Assembly: GCA_951406725.2 (NCBI GenBank)
Contig: OX597820.1
Location: 110,918,001-110,982,000, forward strand
Direction of reading: 5' to 3'
From: Octopus vulgaris
Taxonomy: Eukaryota
Length of the DNA stretch: 64,000 bases
The notes under the pieces are model-generated. The model was not told where the DNA came from. It saw only the letters and a program-made list of their open reading frames with translations, and searched no databases. Shown here one piece after another: positions 27,894 to 40,759 of the stretch (within the stretch, counting starts at the first letter, position 1; each line of letters starts with the position of its first letter). The translations under genes and the position numbers were made by a program.

Positions 27894-28239
27894 GTTATTA
27901 AATGGGAATATTGTGTTATTTTCTTTATATATAGACTCTCATTGTAGAATATGTAAACAGTATAAAAGCGCATTCCTCTCGTCTTCATTCATGCTTTTTC
28001 TGTTTTATCTGAGACTTTTATTTAGTGTTTTCACTTTCATTGGGAGCCACCTTATTTGTTTCTGAGCTTGTGCAGTTTCGACGCTCCATTTTCACAAATT
28101 ATTTGCATTAAATACAAAATACGCATTCTTCTTTTTACCTCCTACTTCCACTTTGCTTTCATTCTTTCGAAGGTTGGGAAAATAAAATATCCATGAAGTT
28201 GTAAGATGATCGATATAATCGACTCTGCCCTTTGAATTT

Positions 28240-28465
28240 ATGTGTGTGTTTGTCTTTGTGCCATTTTGTCCCACACCATCGCTTGACAGCCGGTGTTGGT
28301 GTATTTACGTCCCTGTAAGATAAGTGGCTCGGCAAAAGAGACCGATAGAATAAGTACCAGGCTCAAAAATATAATTCCTGGGTTCGATTTCTTCGACTAA
28401 AATAATTCTTCAAGGCGGTGTCCCAGCATGGCCGCAGTCTAACGACTGAAACAAGTAAAAGAAAA
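28240..28465 (+). mobile_element. SINE family A 3' half, preceded by a decayed family B core (28145-28230)
   Basis: Similarity to other copies in the window. Confidence 0.7.
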
Positions 28466-28484
28466 AACAACATAACACTGCATC

Positions 28485-28800
28485 TAAAATTGAGGCTAGT
28501 AAACTGTTAATTTATGCCAATTGTCCTTGGATAATATACACAGCAATGGAGAAAAAGATGGAAACCTTTGAGACGTGAATATTTCACAGATTGAATAGGG
28601 TAAGCTGGAAAGGAAGGGTAACAAATGCTGCAGTACAAGAAAAGGATGAGAGTCCAACGACAGCTTTTGTTGAGTACACAAAGTTATATTTTGGTCACTG
28701 TCTATGACTAACCGAAAAGGAAGTGTTCGGGGGAAAGAGAGCGGAAAGAATGGACTGGAAACAATAGCTTGGCTGATTGTATGGCGACTCTTGGACAGAG
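28485..28800 (+). mobile_element. RTE-clade LINE 3' remnant
   Basis: Translates KLRLVNC..., ETFET.IFHRLNRVSWKGRVTNAAV, ..YFGH. Confidence 0.5.
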
Positions 28801-29001
28801 GAACGGCAACTGATAAATGAGGATTTTTTTAATTGCCAAGATTTAAAATGGCTTTTAATTCAACAACTAGTTCAGGGTAATTTCATAACTTTTCAGTTCA
28901 CATCTACCTCAAAAGCAATCATTTGGTATTTTTTTGAGTCGCTAATCAATATATCCTCCACCTCCTCCTCCTCTTCTTCTTCTTCGTCCTCCTCGTTGTT
29001 G

Positions 29002-29061
<60 letters not shown>

Positions 29062-29085
29062 GAATAGCTTAGTGGTTAGGATGTT

Positions 29086-30148
29086 TGTTGTAAGGTATTA
29101 GTAATAATGGTACATCCCTCCCATGTGACGAATAAAATAACCTAGTTACTATAAGTAAAGGGAAACACGTGAAGTACTAGAGTACATAGTAGGCGTTCAG
29201 ATTGTTGTGTCTTTACTAGTTTTACTAAGTATACTGTATACCAAAGTGGGCGTTATAACAGTCCAACAGATTAAGTGGCGACGAGGATTTAAACAATTCA
29301 CGAGGAATTAATAAATTCGACGAGGATAAGCCAATTCATGTGAAGTTAATAGAAACTTGAAGAGGGGTTAATAAACTCAAAAAGTTGGTGTACGTATTTT
29401 AAGAAAAATCGTAAAAGTATCGAAAATTCGTTGGCAGGTTTGATTGAGTTGCAAAACAGCAACAACAGCTGAAAGAACAACAACAATAGCAGATACACCA
29501 GCAAGAGCAACAACATAAGCAGCAACAACAACAAATAATATTACAGCAACAATTACAGCTGTAATGTTGAAGTCATCAGGAAATTCAGAAAAAAATGTTC
29601 TCGCCAGACTATGTTGCGAACTCGATAACAGAGTTCAAATACAAACCTGACGAAGGAGTTACCTTCGAAGTATACAACAGAAGATATGAGCAACTTTTCG
29701 CGAAAGAATGTAAAAATTGGGATAACGAGATGAAAACGTGCTTAATCTCGAGAAAACTGGCGGCAACAGAACATGGACGATACAGTAATTATGTACAACG
29801 AAGAAAACTTTCGGACATACACTTTTATGACACTATAGATATATTGTGTAAAATTTTCAGTGAAAATATCTCCTTGTTCAACACACGTTGAAAGTGTCTG
29901 AACATAGAGAAAAACAACGATGAGAATTATATCACACATGCTGGTGGGGTAAATAGGGAATGCGAAAAGTTCAAGCTGGACGAATTCACGCCAGATATAT
30001 TCAAATGCCTGATTTTTACACGGAAACTAACTGCAGAAAAAGACGCAAAGGTTACAACTAGAATTGTCGCTAAGCTGGAACAAAACCAGGATGTAACCCT
30101 ACAAGTGTCAGAAGAATGTGACAGAATAGTCAAATGAAGACACGACAC
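29086..30148 (+). mobile_element. Ty3/gypsy LTR retrotransposon 5' remnant (LTR, PBS, gag)
   Basis: TGTTG...TATAACA at 29086-29260. TGGCGACGAG PBS-like motif at 29276. Gag-like FSPDYVANSITEFKYKPDEGVTFEVY.RRYEQLF with stops. Confidence 0.7.
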
Positions 30149-30724
30149 TATTTTGGATATATTTGGGGTACCTAGATCTGCTCAGGACTTAGTGCTTGCT
30201 TTTTTCATGGGTATGAGTAATTATTTCATTTATGTCTTACGTATTTATCGCTGAGGAGGGGAAAATTCTTATGAATTAACTCTGAAATTGGGACCAATAC
30301 GGTAATAACGAAATCTTTAAAAAATTTCTTTTGGCTTGTTTCGAGACGCATAAATTATAATGGTTATTGACAATTTTGTCTATTTTCGGCATATTTGGCA
30401 TTAGAATTTTTCTTTTGCCCTTATTTTATAAGTTATTTATAAATTTAACCTTTAAAGGTATTTTTTAATATGCTGGCCATTGATAAAAGTTTTTTCGAAA
30501 GAATTTTATCCTACATTAGATGTAAATTTAATAGTGTTCACTTCCGGACACTCTCACTCTGTGAAAGTTTCTAGTTCGAATCACACGTGTCTCGAGATGT
30601 GCTGAAGATTTTCTATTTTGGATATATTTGGGGTACTTAGTTCTGCTCAGGACTTAGTGCTTGCTTTTTCCATGGGTTTGAGTAAGTATTTCATTTATGT
30701 GTAGACAGAAACTGAAAGAAATCA

Positions 30725-30841
<117 letters not shown>

Positions 30842-30842
30842 A

Positions 30843-31113
30843 TGAATTGAAGAAATGGAGCTGAACGCAGATTGAACAGAAATCGTTTTATTTCATTCAA
30901 TGAAATAAAACGATTTCTGTTCAATCTGCGTTCAGCTCCATTTCTTCAATTCACCAATAATATTTTAATTTCAATTATCCGCACCAACGCACGGTTGCAA
31001 CACCATATGGTTGTACCTCCAACCGTGCTGTTTACTGCTGTGATTTTTGCTACCAAGGTATCGGTTAAACTTTTGATTAATCTACTACAAGATTATTCAT
31101 CTTTCTATTTCAC
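30843..31113 (+). mobile_element. Short fold-back PLE-terminus insertion (family Y)
   Basis: Perfect 55-bp arms (30843-30897 / 30899-30953) plus a 160-bp tail homologous to 48200-48357. Lies in (TA)n. Confidence 0.8.
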
Positions 31114-31156
<43 letters not shown>

Positions 31157-31381
31157 ATATGTAAGTCTATGTATGTGTCTTTGTGTTTCTCCCTCATCAC
31201 TGCTTCACAACTGTTGTTCGTTTATTTACATCTCCATAACTTACTGGTTTCACAAGAAGAAACTGATGGAATACCAGGCTTATCAAAATAAAAAAGCACT
31301 AGGCAGTGTCTCATATTTTTGTTTGCCAACTCAGTTGTATCTATTAATTTATCTTTGTGTATATGTGTGTGAGAGAGTGTG

Positions 31382-31448
<67 letters not shown>

Positions 31449-31699
31449 GGATTTCGTAGACAGGAACTAAAACAAATCAATCGTATATATATGTATATAT
31501 GTAAGTGTATGTGTGTGTCTTTGTCTCTGTGTTTCGCCCTCATCACTGCTTCACAACTGCTATCCATTTATTTACATCCATATAACTTACTGGTTTCAAA
31601 AGAAAAAAACTAATAGAATAAGTAGCAGGCTTATCAACATAAAAAAGCGCTAAGCTGTGTCCCATATTTTTGTATGCCCACTAAGTTGTATCTATCAAT

Positions 31700-31787
<88 letters not shown>

Positions 31788-33082
31788 CACCCTAATGGGG
31801 GCCTTAACTCCCATATTTTAGTCATTTGTTTTATGATCCAAAACTAGGTCAAAAGTACTGAATGGATTTTTACGAAATTTGGAAATTATATTCTATGCAT
31901 AAGGGCCATGACAATTCATATATTTTTGCTGTTGATGAAATTTTAATCACAGATATTAGACACAAATAAAGTAATATTTATAAAATTTCATCTTCTTATA
32001 AATTAGAAAGACCCCTCCATGGGGACTTAACACCCACAATTTTGTCATTTTATCTAAGCAAAAACGAATACAGTTGTACTCTTGGAAGCTGTAAGGTTAC
32101 CAAGGCATAAAAGGTGAGCATTATTTGTAATTCAATGGTACAACAGTGTAACAGTTTGCTTTGACATACACTTACATTGTGATTTCTGCAATATGGTACA
32201 TAAATTGTCAAGTAAATGAGAGGCATCTTTGCCTCCACTGATTCAGTTGCAAAGTGTTGAGTAAAGTTATTTGATTGCAGACCTCCTTTCAGTCTTTTTA
32301 TTAGCCTGGGTCACAGTCCCCAGATGGTAACATTGATTTCATGGCCTTCCCAGATGAGTGACTGGTTATTCAAAGACATTTATAGATTGTAAATTTATTC
32401 TGTCCAGTTACGTATCAGTATAGTGATTATTTGCAAACTCCAGAGGTGACACTTTCATTTCTCCTTACCCCTCACGTCACACAGTTGTTAATGTTTATTT
32501 CAGTTGGGTTACGCCCTTCCAATTGCTATACATTCGTAATGCATCTTACGGCTGTGCCTGTCACCTTGATGGTGAGGAATCCTACATTGGGAGTGGTAAC
32601 GACTAGGGTAGGGTAGCTGACTACTTATTGTGATCATTCGTCTTTTGGTTTCCTGTAGCTTTGCTCTTTTACAAACCCAGTGAACATATATTTCCTATTT
32701 CAAGGAAATTCAAACAATAGATATAAGACCCAAGTTAACAAGATTCTCAACAATTCAACTTCTCTGGTTGACATTAAGATGTCCACCCTTAATAGAGGCC
32801 TTAATTCTCATATTTTAGAGCTCCATGACCTCCATTTTTCAGGAGCAAAATCCTTTTAACAAGTTCTATAAGACTGGAATTTTGGAATATGCGCATAAAA
32901 ATCAGTAATATGGGATACATGTGGCACGATTACAATTTTTTTAGGGTGTGTAAAGAGGGAAATAACCCTCATCTGCAATTTTGATGAAATTTCAAACAGA
33001 TATTCCAGTTCATTACAGAAAATATAACAGAAAAGTCTAATTTTTCAATTGAATGTAACACGGGCAACGCCGGGTATCTCTG
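31788..33082 (+). mobile_element. Non-autonomous Helitron-like element
   Basis: 3' cacgggcaacgccgggtatctctg resembles Helitron subterminal ends (terminal CTAG absent). ~40-bp internal repeats at 31788, 32010, 32785. Confidence 0.4.
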
Positions 33083-33325
33083 TTTGATCTTTGACTTCTG
33101 GCCGAAATCAGATCGCCATGTTGATTCGCTAGCCTCTGCACGCATTTTTTTCTCTCCCTGTTTCTTTCTGTGTTTCTTTTCTGTGTATCTTTCTGTTGAA
33201 GAGCGTAGGCTCGAAACGTAAAAGACTTGTTTTATTTATATTCCTGAGCGCCATACTAATACAATTGTTTGTTTGTATTCCACCTGCTTTCGTCTTTTGT
33301 TTATTTTCATAAAGCTTCCCGTTAT

Positions 33326-33326
<1 letters not shown>
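33082..33326 (+). mobile_element. Family X repeat with hammerhead variant (33188-33225)
   Basis: tcttt-CTGTTGA-a-gagc-gtag-gctc-GAAAC-GTA-aaaga. Ends in (TA)n. Confidence 0.7.
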
Positions 33327-33379
<53 letters not shown>

Positions 33380-33382
33380 TAC

Positions 33383-34605
33383 ACCTTTATTAGCCACACA
33401 GGGCTGTACACAGACGGGACAGATTACAAAGTAGAGCTTTTCTTTATGGGGAGAAAAGAAGAAGAAAAAAGGTGGGGTAGGTTTTCGATTAAAAGGGATC
33501 GTAAAAGGGAAAGAAAAGAAAAAAAGGAAAGAAAAGAAAACACGATCAATAGGGATCGTGTACCACAGAAATGTCATGATTTAAAGTGTAAAGGGGCAAG
33601 CAGATAGGGTTTATCCGTGGAAAGAAAAGCATACAGAAAAGACCACGGTAACCTCGGTCAATAATGTTACCTGTTAACACATTTGTTTGCAAGTAGGTAT
33701 CCCGCTGTTTTAAATTTTTCCGGGGTCATTGGATTATGCTCAAGGTGGCTTCGTCATTCATACGTGCCATCCTTGCTACATTCACCTATCTTTTTTTGAA
33801 ACATTCGCTAGACAAAACTTCCCTCTCTACTCTCAGTTTCCTTTTCAAATGATTCTTGAAGAAGTTGATGAGAGATTGACCAGAGAGGAAAGTGTTTGTC
33901 TCCAATCCTTTCAGACGCGTCCTCCAGATACATTCTTTCGCCATAGCCTCAAGAATGATGAAAATAGCTCTTCCTTCCCGTTTGAAGGAAGCAGGCGGGA
34001 TAATATTGACGATAGACTCGGCTGATAAACTGACTCGTCCCACACGTGACATCAGTCGTTCGACTTAAGCCCACAGGTTGGAAATTGTTGGACACTGCAC
34101 GAATGCGTGCAGAACGGTTTTGTCGCTCTGACCACATCTCGGGCAGGTCGGCCCCGTGTTTCTCGAGCCGTGTCTTATCCCGAACCGGTAGCGCTTCTCG
34201 GTAGCACTGCTAGGCCAGGGATCTCTGGAATTTCCATGGGCCCTGACCCGAAAGTCGTCCTGAACAGGCAGGTCAGGTATTCCTCGTCGACGTCCAGGTT
34301 CGCACTGAGCTCGTCGTCGTACCTCTCCTCCACTAATCCCCTATAGAATGCTTTGGTTGAGTTGAAGTCACTCAAGGTCGACCCGGGACGGTATAGTTGC
34401 TTGAGAGGAACGCGACACTCGCGGTGCCATTCGCCCTTCCTAGGCCTCTTTTTGATCCACGACTGCATTTCGGTCATGGAGACGAGTTGCGGGAAAGCGT
34501 GCCTCACAAACGGCGACCACACCTGTTCACCGTCGTTTACGTAGAGCCTGAGATGTCGCAGTCTCAGCGCGTGTCTGCGCATCATCAACCACGGCATGCC
34601 CAGTC
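33383..34605 (-). mobile_element. Tx1/L1-clade LINE 3' fragment with 3' UTR
   Basis: GLGMPWLMMRRHALRLRHL, TKAFYRGL, CPRC..E..HAF..C zinc knuckle. 3' end cagccctgtgtggctaataaag. Confidence 0.75.
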
Positions 34606-34734
34606 CTATATATATCACCTTTTTCCAAGCCTAGAGAATTTTCTAGGAATGTCAAACGCTTTAGTGTCTTTAACACAATCTGCGATGCACGCGTAGATTG
34701 TGTTGGCTCGAATCCAGATAGGAGAGATAACTCA

Positions 34735-36170
34735 TGCCTTAACTATTTGCTCAGTCGTTTCCGGCTGGCAGATCAGTATGGACTGCAGTTCTCAGACGCT
34801 CTATTGAGGACATGGTCTAATAGCGATTGGTCTTCGAGGTCTTACTTAGATAGGTCATTTTTGTTAAGCGTAAAGATAAAGACTTAGCCAGGTGTCCATA
34901 GTTTTACTACGTCAGCTACAGTGATCACAAATGTGTGACCTGTAGGCTTGACTTAGAGTTTGTAGACAGAATCCCGGCTACTGCAAACTCAGTGAGTCAC
35001 TCTTGGACTGCGAGGAATACAGGAATCGGATTAGGCAATAAATAATGAAGGCATTGTCCGGATTTATTATTAACAATCGATGGCATACCCGCAAAAGAGC
35101 CATCAAGTTTGAGGTTGTTAGATTTAGCAAACAGGATAGAATAGAAAAGGACCTACTTAAGGCCCTAGAAGAGACATTGAGGGCTGGCAATGCGACCCGA
35201 GTGGTAACTGCGAGATTGGCATTCAACCACCACCTCGAAGCTTGACATGAGGGATCTATTGTCAGAGCTAAGCTTCGTGCAATGGAACGAAAGGGAGTCA
35301 GCTCTGTCGGATGGGCTCATGTAGTAGAGACCCAACGTGGAAATGATGTCACAATAAGGTCTTTGACGGATCAACATGAGCGTTCGATAAACGAACCCGA
35401 TGAGATGTGCATGACATTTCACGAGTATTTCGCCCAGCTGTTTGGGAGGAGCGGTGGACTGGAACGTAGGGAGGACCTCATGGACTTCCTCACCGGGTTG
35501 CCGCGTCTCTCGGGGCGCGAGGCAGAATGCTGTGAAGGACCGATCTCGGATGCGGAAGTGGAGGAGGCTCTGTCGGACTGTTCGAGGTCGAACACTTACA
35601 GAGGGTAGTTGAGGACATTAAGGAGGTGGCAGGAGTAAAAATTAACCGTAATAAGTCAGTCGGCTTCCAACTCGATACCTGGAGAGGTAAGTCGATACCA
35701 CCCAACAACGTCGTCGGGTGCTGGACAGAGGGTCCGTTTAAAATGCTAAGAGTTTGGTTAGGTACAGACCTCCAGATAGAAAACAATTGGGGCGAGGTGA
35801 CAAGCAGGGTTGCCCACCTAACTCAGACCTGGTCTGAGCTGTGGCTATCCTTGAAAGGGAGGTTGGAGGTCGCAAATGTGTTCATCGCATCTGTGGTTAC
35901 CTACCGCCTAACTGTCATACCTTGTCGAGAATCGTGGCTAAGGAAGATGGAACGATTGCTCTTTCACTTTTTGTGGAAGGGCAGGGTTCCACTTGTAAGG
36001 TGCCCTATCTGCTGCTCACAGCCGCTAAAGGGTGGGCTAGGAATACCGTAGCTAATGATGCGCAGACACGCGCTGAGGCTAAGGCATCTTTTGCTCTACC
36101 TGGATGGTGGACGGGCCTGGTCTCCGTTCGTCAAACTGATTCTTCCTCGATTCACTAGTTTCAGTGAATT
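34735..36170 (+). mobile_element. Tx1/L1-clade LINE internal fragment, internally deleted
   Basis: APE end motifs SYLDR and SDH; GPISDAEVEEAL; AGVKINRNKS; LSLKGRLEV; GGLGIP. Confidence 0.75.
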
Positions 36171-36599
36171 GGAACCGTAAATCAAGCGTAGACCCAAGTT
36201 GTGACTCACCACAGGCCCATCTCCGCAGAGACAGTTCGCTGCCATCTTTCAATCTGACTTGCCGATGTCCGGCTAGAGGCCCCATCCTCACAGATCGTCA
36301 TCGACGGGCTCGTCTGCTCAAAAAACGTCAGAACTGGCGATATCTGCAGTGAAGGACTGTAGTCTTCTCTGACGAAAGCGGAGATTGCATTTCTGTGGCA
36401 GATGGAAGAGCTATGGTTTGGAGAAGAAGACCTCTTCTTCTCCAAACCAAAGCTCATCGTCATGCCGATGGTTGTGTGGTGGAGAGAGACTCATCGTATG
36501 GGGTGGGATTGCATTGAACCAGAAATTTGGACAAATTGTCTTCCAAAACATCGGCCAAAACCGGGGCAACGGAATAACTGCTGATCGCTACAAGTGGTG

Positions 36600-37104
36600 A
36601 GACCTCACATTGTGTCATACTTTTCCCGTCATCAGAATCACGTGTTCCAACACGACAGCGCATGTGCCCAAACTGCCAGGTTGACAACAACTTCCTCCAA
36701 CAGCACTACATCCAGACACTGCCATGGCATGCCCTAAATCCAGACTTGAAACCCCATAGAACACCTTTGGGACGAAATCCAAAGAAAGCTAAATGACATC
36801 CGTCCAAGGCCAACAACTCATTGGAAGTTTTAACAGTGTGGGCTGTTATCCCTATGACCTTCATCAATCGTTTGGTGCATTCAATGTACAATGTACAGAA
36901 GATGCCTGGCAACAATCAACGCTAACAGATATTGAGTTCATCGCTTTGGATCCAGGACATTCCGTCATCACGTGACACCATGCAACGTCAAACATGTTTC
37001 AGGAAATGATGTTTTGTCATTAGGAAAGAACGTCAAGCAATTCTATGGCAGTCTGTTAATAAACGGTTTCTATTTAGAATGTGTGCAATGTTTCTTTTGA
37101 GGTT

Positions 37105-37110
<6 letters not shown>
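36600..37110 (+). mobile_element. Tc1-like transposase 3' remnant
   Basis: LPW.A..PDL.PIEHLWDEIQRKL (frameshifted SPDLNPIEHLW motif) at ~36720-36795. TIR-like end before (TA)n. Confidence 0.65.
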
Positions 37111-37175
<65 letters not shown>

Positions 37176-37894
37176 TTCATTCTACTAAATTTGAATCTAA
37201 TGAATCAACACAACAGTTTTTATAATATAAATAATAATTTATTAAAATATTTCTAATCATGAAAACCAGCATTTCTCAACCGAATCAATTAACTTTCTAC
37301 CCGAGAACCAGATTTTGAGAGACTTTAATATGCCGCTGGATGATGCTATATCATCGGGTAATTTGTGGTATTTCTATTTAGTTTTCATACAACTTACAAA
37401 CCGTTTGGTTTTCATCAAGAAAATCAGCTAAAGCTAATATTGACTTCACACATAAAATGTGTCTTGCTTAATTCCACGATCGATAAACAATAAAAATTCC
37501 GAAAATCTTCATTCCTCTTTCTTTTGACTTAATTATATATCAATAATCGAATCATAGACGCAATCTCTGGTAAGTCACGTGACCTGTCCAGGTCACTCTG
37601 ACCGTATTCTCTATATTTTAGAAGGGTATGCTAATTTCTTTTTTTTTGTATAAAGAAATAGTCCGAGTCTTGAAGAGATAATTTTAAAGCTAAGCTAATT
37701 AGCAATTCTCGTTAGAAATAGAAATTAACATTTCAAATAACAAACTCTGACCACTATAAAGAGTTTAAACAGTACTAATCATCCAATCCTGTAGGTGCCT
37801 TACTACTTACAACTATTGATCTCTAATCTCCTCAACACTAACCAAAATCGCCTAAAACAAAGTACTTTTGAACTGTACTACATTATTATTCATA

Positions 37895-38336
37895 TAGGGT
37901 GCGGCAGAAAAATTTTCCGCATTTTACACGACTCTATATGTGAAGCTAGGGAAGCTAAGCAAATGGTAGTGCAACCATCATGTAGCTAATATTTTACCAT
38001 TGTAAGGCGGTGAGGTAGCAAAATCTTAGCACACTAAGCAAAATGCTTAAGGGCATTTCATTCATCTGTATGTTATAAGTTCCAATGCCACGGATCTCGA
38101 CATTACCTTTCATCCTCCGAGGTCGATAAATAAGTATTAGTTGAGTACTGGAGTCGATGTAATCAACTTAAACCCTCTCCCAAAACTGCTGGCCTTGTGC
38201 CAAAATTTGAGATCAGTATTTTGCCATTTTCTTTTTAATAGATATCGTTATGGATTGGAGCGGTGCATACCGAGCGTTTGCTGCTGAACATGTACATCAA
38301 GAATGAACCTGGAAGGTTTTTTTTTGCCGTACCCTG
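37895..38336 (+). mobile_element. Tc1/mariner-type internally deleted element with nested SINE B (38005-38215)
   Basis: TIRs tagggtgcggcagaaaa / ttttttgccgtaccctg with TA flanks. Start remnant MDWSGAYRAFAAE. Confidence 0.65.
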
Positions 38337-38529
38337 TAGTCACAGATGCAAAAATATAAAATCCCTAGCAGACAATAATTTGAGCCAACACAAAGACTTT
38401 TAACGAAGGTGATTTCCAAAAGGTTAGTGTTTTCTGTTGTATGCAAAAGGTGCAGCAGAAACCCTCCCGTATGTTATATGGCCATTGATGTGGCGTTAGT
38501 GAAGTTAAGCAAGTGATAATAATGGTTTC

Positions 38530-38735
38530 AAATTTTGGCACAAGGCTGGCAAGTTGGAGGAGGGTGCTAACCAATTATATCGACTACAGTGATCAACTGG
38601 TATTTATCTCATCGACCCCGAAAGGGTGAAGGACAAAGTATACCTCGATGGCATTTTAACTCAGAACGTAAAGACGAATGAAATGCCACTAAGCATTTGG
38701 CCCTGTGTGCTTATGATTCTGCCAGCTCACCGACT
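38530..38735 (-). mobile_element. SINE family B
   Basis: Core and head motifs. Confidence 0.7.
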
Positions 38736-40031
38736 TTAAGCAGGTGATAATAATGTCTTCCTGTAGTTAATGTTTTACCATGTTGTTGCAGTATAACCAC
38801 TTTTGCTTGGATATATGCATACTGTGTGTTTGCTTTTGAAACGTTATCTAAAATGATAAATCTGAGTATCTTGTTACCGCTCTCTGTATAACCCTGTTTA
38901 GACAGTCCAGCTCTGCGGCCTCTCATAACTGTGCTGGGTCCATGACTATTATGTACTCTAATGGACTTATGAGATCGATGCGGCTGATATCATGTTTGAA
39001 GATGGATCGGAAGAGAAGCATGGTTCAGATCCTGGTTAACGTGTAGTTTAGAGATTTAAAAAAAAAATAGAAGTTAACTGACTGGAGTTGATGACAGTGA
39101 CGTCCCATAATTTCATGTAAGTAATCTATGTAACATAACCAATGATTAGAACGATCATATAAATTGTATAAGATTAAAATAATCACATTCATGCAAGGAA
39201 TTTGTTGTGTGGACACCCCCAGACGATGAAGTCGGCTAGCTCAATACGTCGATATAGAGGGAGAAGTCTAGACGTCAGAGTTGAGTAGAGACATTTGGAA
39301 CAGTGGCGACGAGGATTTCGTAGCTCACACAGCCACTCTGTAGTATTGCGATATACCAGAATTATACTTTGGGGTGGTGTACTTGAGCTGTTATTTCAGA
39401 AATACTTAAGATATCACGAGAAAGTACTATACAGATAGGTATCTATGCATGTAGCATATTGAGGGAGTTCTGTTAATAAAATTAAGGGATTTCGCCAGTT
39501 CCCTTGATATTCTCTTTATGATATTAGGAAATTTCGTTGTCGTCACTTCCAGTCAATTTACTTCCATTGTTTTAAATCCTCCAAAACTGTATGTTATCCC
39601 TGATTTCAATGCTTGAAGCAGAGTGAACTTTTTCAATGACACATTAGATGACGCAGTGGTGTTAAACAGGGCAGCATATTAGAACATAACTCAAAATATC
39701 AGGAGGTGAAGCATCTGTGTAGTATATCTTTGAGGTATTTAAAACTGTTACAATGCCGCAAAGGCCATACACTCTACTACTATTTTATTCAGACCTACAT
39801 TAAAACTCTTTATAAGAACGAGAGAAAAAATAAATTCAATAAAATACGACAAAAAATATATAATCAATATTTTGTTCAAAATACATCTGTAGTTGTTTAT
39901 AAAGTTATATGACTTGTTATACGTGACAATATGAATAAATACGATTCAACATCCATCGATTCATTTGCGTGAACGTTTGAAACAATCTGAGGTTATAACA
40001 ACACTATCTTTATTCTTATTATTTCACATCA

Positions 40032-40068
<37 letters not shown>

Positions 40069-40554
40069 CGTGTATGTGTGTGTGTGAACGCACAATGTGC
40101 GGCAGAAAAAGCTCCCATAGTATACTTATAATGGAATAATAAATATGGGAATGTATTTTGCTGCATCTGCTTATGTATGCGTGAACATGTTATACGCACG
40201 CATATGTTTTTACACACTAAAACTATATAATATATATTCCCTCTTCATATATTCCTTAATCGATCGATATTTTATCACACAACAGGCTGATAAACGAGCT
40301 ACTTGTTTGACTTTAATTAAATAACTGCCTTCCTCAATACGTGTGTATTGCGCTACTGACGAATTATGACTAGATATGGAAATATATATATATATTGCGT
40401 TTTGCAAGTAAGGATATTTTTCGTTATTTACGAAAGTGCGGAGATAAAGTTTCCGAGTGAAAATCAATAACTAGACGTGTCGTTCTTGCTTTTTCTGAGT
40501 AATGTTGACAACAATATATCATACATACATACAAACATACATATCTTTTATCTT

Positions 40555-40745
40555 TTATCTTTTACTGGTTTCAGTCATTTGACTGCAGCCATGCTGGGGC
40601 ACAGCCTTGGAGGGTCTTAGTCGAACATATCAACTCTAAGTCTTATTTTTTAAAGCTTAGTACTTGTTCTTTCGGATGCCTTTGCCGAACAGCTAAGTTA
40701 CGGTGACGTAAACACGCCAGCATCAGTTATCAAGCGTTGGAGAGG
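40555..40745 (-). mobile_element. SINE family A 3' half (5' half at 42303-42440)
   Basis: Reverse-complement motifs. The two halves bracket the CR1/L2 fragment. Confidence 0.65.
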
Positions 40746-40759
40746 CATTTTTACTCTCG

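Noticed and set aside
33383-36170. Twin-priming inversion of a single Tx1 element
   Set aside because: The overlapping segments (34480-34605 vs 36035-36160) are clearly diverged, so these are two separate copies.
39300-39325. Second gypsy PBS (gtggcgacgaggattt)
   Set aside because: The motif matches 29275, but I could not delimit an LTR or gag around it.
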